41,977 nucleotides of DNA from an uncultured Candidatus Saccharibacteria bacterium (GTDB lineage Bacteria > Patescibacteriota > UBA1384 > UBA12157 > JAENIV01): positions 1 through 41,977 of the forward strand of contig CAYZMA010000003.1 of the NCBI GenBank assembly GCA_964479405.1. Direction: 5' to 3'. The notes beneath the pieces were generated by a model, which ran no database searches, was not told the origin of the DNA, and was given only the letters and a program-made list of their open reading frames with translations. Below, in pieces: positions 36,176 through 41,977 of the stretch (position 1 is its first letter; every line of letters starts with the position of its first letter). The position numbers were made by a program, and so were the translations under genes.

Positions 36176-37900
36176 ATGAAGACAAAATATATATTTGTAA
36201 CTGGTGGTGTTCTTTCCGGTTTAGGCAAAGGTGTGACCGCCGCCTCTATCGGCAATATTTTAAAGTCTCACGGCTTTAAAATTTGGATGCAAAAGTTTGA
36301 TCAATATTTAAATGTTGACGCCGGCACTTTGAACCCAGAAGAACACGGTGAAGTTTTTGTTTTGGACGACGGCTCGGAAACCGATTTGGATTTAGGTCAT
36401 TACGAAAGATTTATTGATACTTCTTTAAACAAAACATCGTCCATTATGTCGGGTCAAATTTACCAAGCCATTTTAGAAAAAGAACGCTCCGGTAAATATT
36501 TAGGCAAAACAATTCAAATGATTCCCCATGTTACCGATGAAGTAAAGTCACGTATTTTTAAAGCAGCCGAAGATTCTAAGTGCGATTTTTTAATAACCGA
36601 AATTGGCGGCACAATCGGCGACTACGAAGGAACCCATTTTGTAGAAGCCATTCGGCAAATGAAACACGATGCCGGCGAAAATAATGTTCTCTATGTTCAC
36701 GTCGGCTTTTTACCTTACCTCGGCGCCTCTTGCGAACTCAAAGGCCGACCAATGCAATTTAGTGTCCACGATTTACAAGCAATGGGGATTCAGCCCGATG
36801 TTTTAATTTGTCGTAGCGATCACCCCGTCAAACCTTCAATGATTAAAAAAATCGCTCTTTTTACCGGCGTGGAAGAAGAAGCCGTCATTCCTCTTGAGAC
36901 TGTGGATACTATTTATCGGGTGCCACTCATTTTAGAAAAATATCATCTTGATCAAATTATTAGTCGCAAACTTAAATTTCACTCAAAAAAACAAAATAAT
37001 AAAAAATGGCAAGATTTCATTCAAAAAATTGATCCGCCAGCTGGCGGACCCAAAAAAAAGACCATTAAAATTGGTCTGGTGGGTAAATATATGGGTATGA
37101 AAGACACTTATTTTTCCATTACCGAAAGCCTAAAAACAGCGGCAGTTTGGCAAAATGTTAAGTTGGAACTCGGCTGGATTGATGCCGAAGAATTAGAAAA
37201 ATCTTCAAAACCGGAAATTTTAAAAATCATGAAAGAATATTCCGCCATTTGCGTGCCGGGAGGCTTTGGCAGTCGTGGCATTGAAGGAAAAATCTTGGCG
37301 ATTAAATATGCTCGCGAGCATAAAATTCCCTTCTTGGGACTTTGCTACGGCATGCAACTTGCGACAATTGAGTTTGCCCGAAATGTTGCCAATTTAAAAA
37401 ACGCCAATTCCACTGAAATTGACCCCAAAACACCTCACAGTGTCATTCACATTATGCCCGAGCAAGAAAAAAAGTTGTTGGAAAATAATTACGGCGGTTC
37501 CATGCGCTTAGGTGCGTATCCTTGTAAATTAAATAAGAATTCAAAAACTTATAATTGTTATAAATTACAAAGTCATCCTGAACGAAGTGAAGGATCTCTG
37601 GCGAATGCCAGATCCAAAACAAGTTTGGAGATTCTTCGGTTGACACCTCAGAATGACATTATTTCTGAGCGTCATCGCCATCGCTATGAATTTAATAATG
37701 AGTATCGGGAAATTTTAGAACAAAAAGGGCTGGTGATTTCCGGCACTTCGCCCGACAATCGTTTAGTAGAAATTATTGAGCTTAAAAATCATCCCTTTTT
37801 TATTGCGACTCAATTCCACCCGGAATTCAAATCCCGCCCTCTTTCCCCTCATCCACTATTTATGGAGTTTGTTAAAACGGCAGGTCATATTACAAAATAA
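36176..37900 (+). CDS. pyrG: CTP synthase with two in-frame palindromic insertions
   Basis: TGGVLSGLGKG, DLDLGHYERF, GLCYGMQ, ERHRHRYE, QFHPE; start moved to ATG 36176. Confidence 0.97.
   Translation: MKTKYIFVTGGVLSGLGKGVTAASIGNILKSHGFKIWMQKFDQYLNVDAGTLNPEEHGEVFVLDDGSETDLDLGHYERFIDTSLNKTSSIMSGQIYQAILEKERSGKYLGKTIQMIPHVTDEVKSRIFKAAEDSKCDFLITEIGGTIGDYEGTHFVEAIRQMKHDAGENNVLYVHVGFLPYLGASCELKGRPMQFSVHDLQAMGIQPDVLICRSDHPVKPSMIKKIALFTGVEEEAVIPLETVDTIYRVPLILEKYHLDQIISRKLKFHSKKQNNKKWQDFIQKIDPPAGGPKKKTIKIGLVGKYMGMKDTYFSITESLKTAAVWQNVKLELGWIDAEELEKSSKPEILKIMKEYSAICVPGGFGSRGIEGKILAIKYAREHKIPFLGLCYGMQLATIEFARNVANLKNANSTEIDPKTPHSVIHIMPEQEKKLLENNYGGSMRLGAYPCKLNKNSKTYNCYKLQSHPERSEGSLANARSKTSLEILRLTPQNDIISERHRHRYEFNNEYREILEQKGLVISGTSPDNRLVEIIELKNHPFFIATQFHPEFKSRPLSPHPLFMEFVKTAGHITK
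37571..37657. repeat. 87-bp palindromic element inserted in frame in pyrG
   Basis: GTCATCCTGA..GAAGGATCT ... AGATTCTTC..TCAGAATGAC; adds SHPERSEGSLANARSKTSLEILRLTPQND. Confidence 0.9.
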
Positions 37901-37910
37901 TTAATAGTGT

Positions 37911-38876
37911 TTATTTTAACAAATTAGTAATAATTTTAATCATCACTTCTTTATCTTTAGGATCACTGACAGCAACTAGTAATGCTAAAGATACTAAAGT
38001 ATTATCATTAATCTTCTTTTCGCTATCTTCCCTATATAAATATTGGTTCTGAGCTAAAAAATAAACAAAAAGCATTGAAGCAATTCGTTTGTTGCCATCT
38101 GTAAAAGGATGATCTTTAATTATTAAATACAAAAGATTAGCTGCTTTTTCCTCCAAAGAAACATATAGTTCCTTACCGTCAAAAGTTTGGTAAATCGTTT
38201 TAATAATACCTTGAAACTGGTCGCTGATCTCTTGACCAACTAAGGTAGTAGCCTCTTTTTTCTTTATCAAATTTTGTCTGAATTCAACAATTAATTGTTG
38301 AATTTGCAGGTATTCTAATTTATAGATCTCTTTTCCAAAACGGTGAAGTTTCAATTTTCCCTGATCGTATTGACTTAATAAGGTAAAAGATTGAGCAAAT
38401 TCGTCAATAAGATCAATTAGCTTTGGAGCTTGACCTGAAAGCAAATTTGCCTTTGATTTTATTTTGATAAATTTAATCGCTTGTTGTAATTCGTGAAAAT
38501 ATTTCGCTTGTTCTTTTAATCTTTTTTGATTAACAATATAACCCTTGATCAAATAATCTTTCAGAATTTTATTGGCCCAAATACGGAATTGAGTTGCTTG
38601 TTTTGAATTAACTCGGTAGCCAACCGATAGTATTAAGTCTAAACTAAAATATTTAACAGGTTTGTCAGAACCAGCAATGTGCATTTTTTGCACATTGCTT
38701 TTTTCAATCAACTCATCTTCTTTAAAAACATTATTGATATGTTTAGTTATAACAGAACGATCGACACAAAATAATTGCGCGATTTGTTGTTGAGTTAACC
38801 AAATCGTTTTATTTTTTAAATTAACAGCTAATTTAATTTGTCCATTGCGAGTGATGTAGATCAAATTTTTCTTCAT
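37911..38876 (-). CDS. RhuM-like virulence domain / Fic-Doc fusion protein
   Basis: WLTQQQIAQLF, SVGYRVNS..ATQFRIWA; C-terminal HPFTDGNKR Fic motif. Confidence 0.92.
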   Translation of the reverse strand: MKKNLIYITRNGQIKLAVNLKNKTIWLTQQQIAQLFCVDRSVITKHINNVFKEDELIEKSNVQKMHIAGSDKPVKYFSLDLILSVGYRVNSKQATQFRIWANKILKDYLIKGYIVNQKRLKEQAKYFHELQQAIKFIKIKSKANLLSGQAPKLIDLIDEFAQSFTLLSQYDQGKLKLHRFGKEIYKLEYLQIQQLIVEFRQNLIKKKEATTLVGQEISDQFQGIIKTIYQTFDGKELYVSLEEKAANLLYLIIKDHPFTDGNKRIASMLFVYFLAQNQYLYREDSEKKINDNTLVSLALLVAVSDPKDKEVMIKIITNLLK

Positions 38877-38906
38877 ATTTCGATTGTATAACTTTTACAA
38901 TAATAT

Positions 38907-38943
38907 AAAACCCCCAGGTCCTTTAACAGAACTGGGGGGATTT
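38907..38943 (-). terminator. Terminator-like hairpin
   Basis: CCCCCAGTTC..GACCTGGGGG-TTTT on the minus strand, downstream of the VanW gene. Confidence 0.65.
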
Positions 38944-39004
38944 AGCTTAGTAACAATTATACTGTAACATATTTATTATAATTGTCAACACCCATTTCTT
39001 AAAA

Positions 39005-40942
39005 TTAGTTCTTTGTTTTCGTATCTCCTTGATCCGTCGGTGTCGGATTTGGTGTGGGCGCAGAAGTTGCTTCCACTTGAGCCGGGGGCGGACTTTGATT
39101 AGGAATGCCTTCGGTTCCCGGTCCATAAAGAAAGCTGTTAGGAATAGCAACATATTTACTCATATAAGTTTCGGCTTGTAAAACTTCGCCACTGGCGCTA
39201 GTAACTTTATAATTAAAACTAGCCGACACACCGGAAGTGGCTCTTTCTGTTTGTCTGATTGCGCCCGGCGCCATTGAGTCCGATTGAGTATAAACCGCTT
39301 CCCCGGGTGAAGTATAGTCGTAAAGCACCGGATCGGAAATTTCTATTTTCCGTTCATCTTTGGTGCCATAAATTTGAAAAGACAAAGTATTACTACCAAC
39401 AATGGTCCAGATAAAAATTGGTGTGGACATATTATTTATAAATTTAAAATCAGGCGCCGGATCGTAGATAGTAGCATCCATCCCCACCGGCGGTTCGTAA
39501 TAACTGACGCGAAAAGAATGGGGACTTCTCGCCGTAATTTTTAAACCAGAATTTAAAACCGCTCGAAACAAAGTCGTTGAAACCTGGCAAAGCCCTCCAC
39601 CAACTTCCGGCACAACTTGAGTGCTATTTTTAATCACCAATTCCGGCAAAAATCCCGAAGCCGTATCAATCGGCCCAATTGTTTTGACAGTTGAAAATTC
39701 CTCGCCCGGATTAACAATCGTCCCGGAAATATTATTGGCGCCCAATGTTAAGTTATGAATTCTGTTTGACGGCGAACCTCTCCACGAAGTTTTGCCCTCG
39801 CCGATTAGTTCTTTAAGCCCCAATTTGTCTGGATTATCGGAAGAAATTTTTGATTCAGTCACTTTCACAGGCAACTCCAAAGTACCTTGATCATTAGATA
39901 TTGCTTCTATAATTTGAGCTGTCGCTTTTTCTTTATCTAATTCATAACCAGTTTGTTCTATCTGAAAAGTAGCAACTCGACCATCAGAAACTTGAAATTT
40001 CGGATCTTTTGGTTCTTGATAAACTTCTTGAGCAATTTTTTCAACAAAGGGCGTAAGTTTGGCGGTTGATATTTCCGGGCTTAAAACATAAAGACTAACC
40101 GCATTTTGAGGCGTGCTTAAAATATTTTTTTTCGCCGGGCGAGCAACAAATTCAATCAAGCCAACAATGTCATCCGAGTGGAGTTCAAAAGTTTTATTGG
40201 CTCCTTTCATTACTAACTGACTTTTTATTAAATTCTGTGTTTCTGGCAGAGCCATTTGGGCAATTTTTGTATCAATTTTAGGCACTAGTTTTGAAACTTG
40301 AAATGGCAAATCAGAACTAAAATTAAAACTGCCAAGTCGATTAAAAGCAATTTGCTTGTTAGTAGTTAACTCAAATCTTTGACCAATTTCTTCCGGCACC
40401 ACCACCGGACCATCGCTTCTAATTTCAATAGTAGCGTCTTTTTCGGGCTTATCAATATCTTTAGAAATATTGGCTAAATAGTCGCTTAGTTTTCCTTCAT
40501 TAAAACTAAAATTGGCATAGATAATGTTTTTTGAAAAAATCGCCCGACTAGTTTCGGAAAGAATCTTGCCAAGCGCGCCGGTTCTGCCAACCGCCATTAA
40601 TTGATCAATTGTTTTATCAGCGGAATCAGCGTAATTTATTTCCAAATTATTAAGATCGGTATTATACGATTTTCCTTCCCAAACATAATTTAGATGCCCA
40701 TTTTGCGATTTTTCAATAATATTACTTAGATTTTCCTTAGCCTGACTGCGCGTTTGACCGCCAAAATTAACGGCGCCAATATAAGTATGAGGAAATATTT
40801 TATCTTGATAAATTAAATTGAATGAAAAAAAGATTGCCGCTATCGCAATAATTACCAGACCACTCGCAAGACAAACTCTGCGAAATTTCACATTGCGCCA
40901 AATTTTTCCGACATCCTTTTTTGATATTTTTTTGAGTCTCAT
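39005..40942 (-). CDS. VanW family protein with N-terminal TM and peptidoglycan-binding repeats
   Basis: RIHNL, PGEEFS, GGGLCQVSTTLF, HS..VSYY..G.DAT, DFKF.N. Confidence 0.92.
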   Translation of the reverse strand: MRLKKISKKDVGKIWRNVKFRRVCLASGLVIIAIAAIFFSFNLIYQDKIFPHTYIGAVNFGGQTRSQAKENLSNIIEKSQNGHLNYVWEGKSYNTDLNNLEINYADSADKTIDQLMAVGRTGALGKILSETSRAIFSKNIIYANFSFNEGKLSDYLANISKDIDKPEKDATIEIRSDGPVVVPEEIGQRFELTTNKQIAFNRLGSFNFSSDLPFQVSKLVPKIDTKIAQMALPETQNLIKSQLVMKGANKTFELHSDDIVGLIEFVARPAKKNILSTPQNAVSLYVLSPEISTAKLTPFVEKIAQEVYQEPKDPKFQVSDGRVATFQIEQTGYELDKEKATAQIIEAISNDQGTLELPVKVTESKISSDNPDKLGLKELIGEGKTSWRGSPSNRIHNLTLGANNISGTIVNPGEEFSTVKTIGPIDTASGFLPELVIKNSTQVVPEVGGGLCQVSTTLFRAVLNSGLKITARSPHSFRVSYYEPPVGMDATIYDPAPDFKFINNMSTPIFIWTIVGSNTLSFQIYGTKDERKIEISDPVLYDYTSPGEAVYTQSDSMAPGAIRQTERATSGVSASFNYKVTSASGEVLQAETYMSKYVAIPNSFLYGPGTEGIPNQSPPPAQVEATSAPTPNPTPTDQGDTKTKN

Positions 40943-41157
40943 TTTCCGTTTAAAATTTCTTCTAAAATTACTTTGGCTAATTTTTTTTCAGAAGCTTCTT
41001 CGTCTGAATTTAATAAGTACAACTTCAGTTTTCCGCCCTTTAAAGATTTTTCTGGCAAGCAATTTGAACTTAAAATTAATCTTTGATTTTCAACTTCAAG
41101 CAAAGTTTTGTCCTCGCCTATTTCTCTAATTTTGGCTTCAATTCCTTTTTGGATCAT
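40939..41157 (-). CDS. Hypothetical protein
   Basis: 72 aa; ATGA overlap with the VanW gene, 4 bp from the hppA stop. Confidence 0.7.
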   Translation of the reverse strand: MIQKGIEAKIREIGEDKTLLEVENQRLILSSNCLPEKSLKGGKLKLYLLNSDEEASEKKLAKVILEEILNGK

Positions 41158-41161
41158 TTTT

Positions 41162-41977
41162 TTACTTTAAGAATTTTACAATCAACAAGGCAACAATGTT
41201 TAGAATTTTAATCATTGGGTTAATTGCCGGACCGGCAGTGTCTTTATAAGGATCACCGACAGTATCGCCAGTCACCGCTGCTTGATGAGCCAAACTTCCT
41301 TTGCCACCCAAATTTCCTTCTTCAATATATTTTTTGGCATTATCCCAAGCCGCCCCGCCGGTGGTCATTGAAATCGCCACAAATAGTCCAGTCACAATTG
41401 AACCAACCAAAAGACCGCCTAAAGCCACTGGTCCTAAAGTAAATCCAACTACGATTGGCGCCAAAACAGGCAGTAACGCCGGCGCAACCATTTGCCTTAA
41501 AGCTGATTTTGTCACGATATCAACCGCTTTAGAATAATCGGGTTTTGCTTTGCCTTGCATTAAACCTTTAATTTCTTTAAATTGACGCCTGACTTCCGCC
41601 ACCACCGCTCCGGCAGCATGGCCAACCGCTTCCATTGAAAAAGCAGCGAAAAGATAAGGCAAAAGTCCGCCGATAATTAAACCGACTAATAATTTTGGAT
41701 TAGAAAGTTCAAATGGCAATGCCCCGTGAGTTTGCGTTAAATCTTGAATATAAGAAGAAAATAGTACCAATGCCGCCAGTCCCGCAGACGCAATCGCATA
41801 ACCTTTAGTAATCGCTTTAGTTGTATTGCCAACAGCATCCAGAGGATCGGTGACGGCGCGCACATTTGCAGGCAATTTTGCCATTTCGGCAATGCCACCG
41901 GCGTTGTCGGTAATCGGACCGTAAGAATCAATCGCCACGATAATACCCGTCATTGAAAGCATAGAAAAAGCGGCAAT
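41162..41977 (-). CDS. hppA: Membrane-integral pyrophosphatase, 5' part outside the window
   Basis: [54 protein letters not shown]. Confidence 0.96.
   Translation of the reverse strand: MAAFSMLSMTGIIVAIDSYGPITDNAGGIAEMAKLPANVRAVTDPLDAVGNTTKAITKGYAIASAGLAALVLFSSYIQDLTQTHGALPFELSNPKLLVGLIIGGLLPYLFAAFSMEAVGHAAGAVVAEVRRQFKEIKGLMQGKAKPDYSKAVDIVTKSALRQMVAPALLPVLAPIVVGFTLGPVALGGLLVGSIVTGLFVAISMTTGGAAWDNAKKYIEEGNLGGKGSLAHQAAVTGDTVGDPYKDTAGPAINPMIKILNIVALLIVKFLK

Overview
AT-rich bacterial chromosome segment, read with standard code 11. It most likely comes from a CPR/Patescibacteria genome; this is inferred from gene content and style, not from a database search. The core backbone is rpmA, dnaE, a WecA/MraY-like transferase, ndk (interrupted), an M16 peptidase, DedA/PAP2 genes, a Xer-type recombinase, ychF, rpsF-ssb-rpsR, efp, groES/groEL, trpS, PMM/PGM, pyrG, a VanW protein and a partial hppA. 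Small accessory modules are scattered through it. Main observations: (1) Several accessory modules sit between two copies of the end of the neighbouring core gene or its terminator (ychF 5' end, efp 3' end, groEL terminator, a hairpin near the WecA-like gene), with no integrase or transposase inside. (2) One such cassette carries a probably leaderless DUF3800 gene facing a structured small RNA that has its own consensus promoter. (3) A VWA / small protein / MoxR-type AAA+ operon has an ATPase ending in a GC-rich segment resembling a DGR variable region, disconnected by a 1-nt frameshift; no template repeat or reverse transcriptase was seen in the window. (4) Palindromic and heptamer micro-repeats have inserted in frame into housekeeping genes (pyrG twice, efp, the VWA gene, the recombinase). 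(5) A promoter-driven two-hairpin leader lies upstream of groES. No rRNA, tRNA or CRISPR array was recognised. All family calls come from motif recognition by eye, with no searches run.
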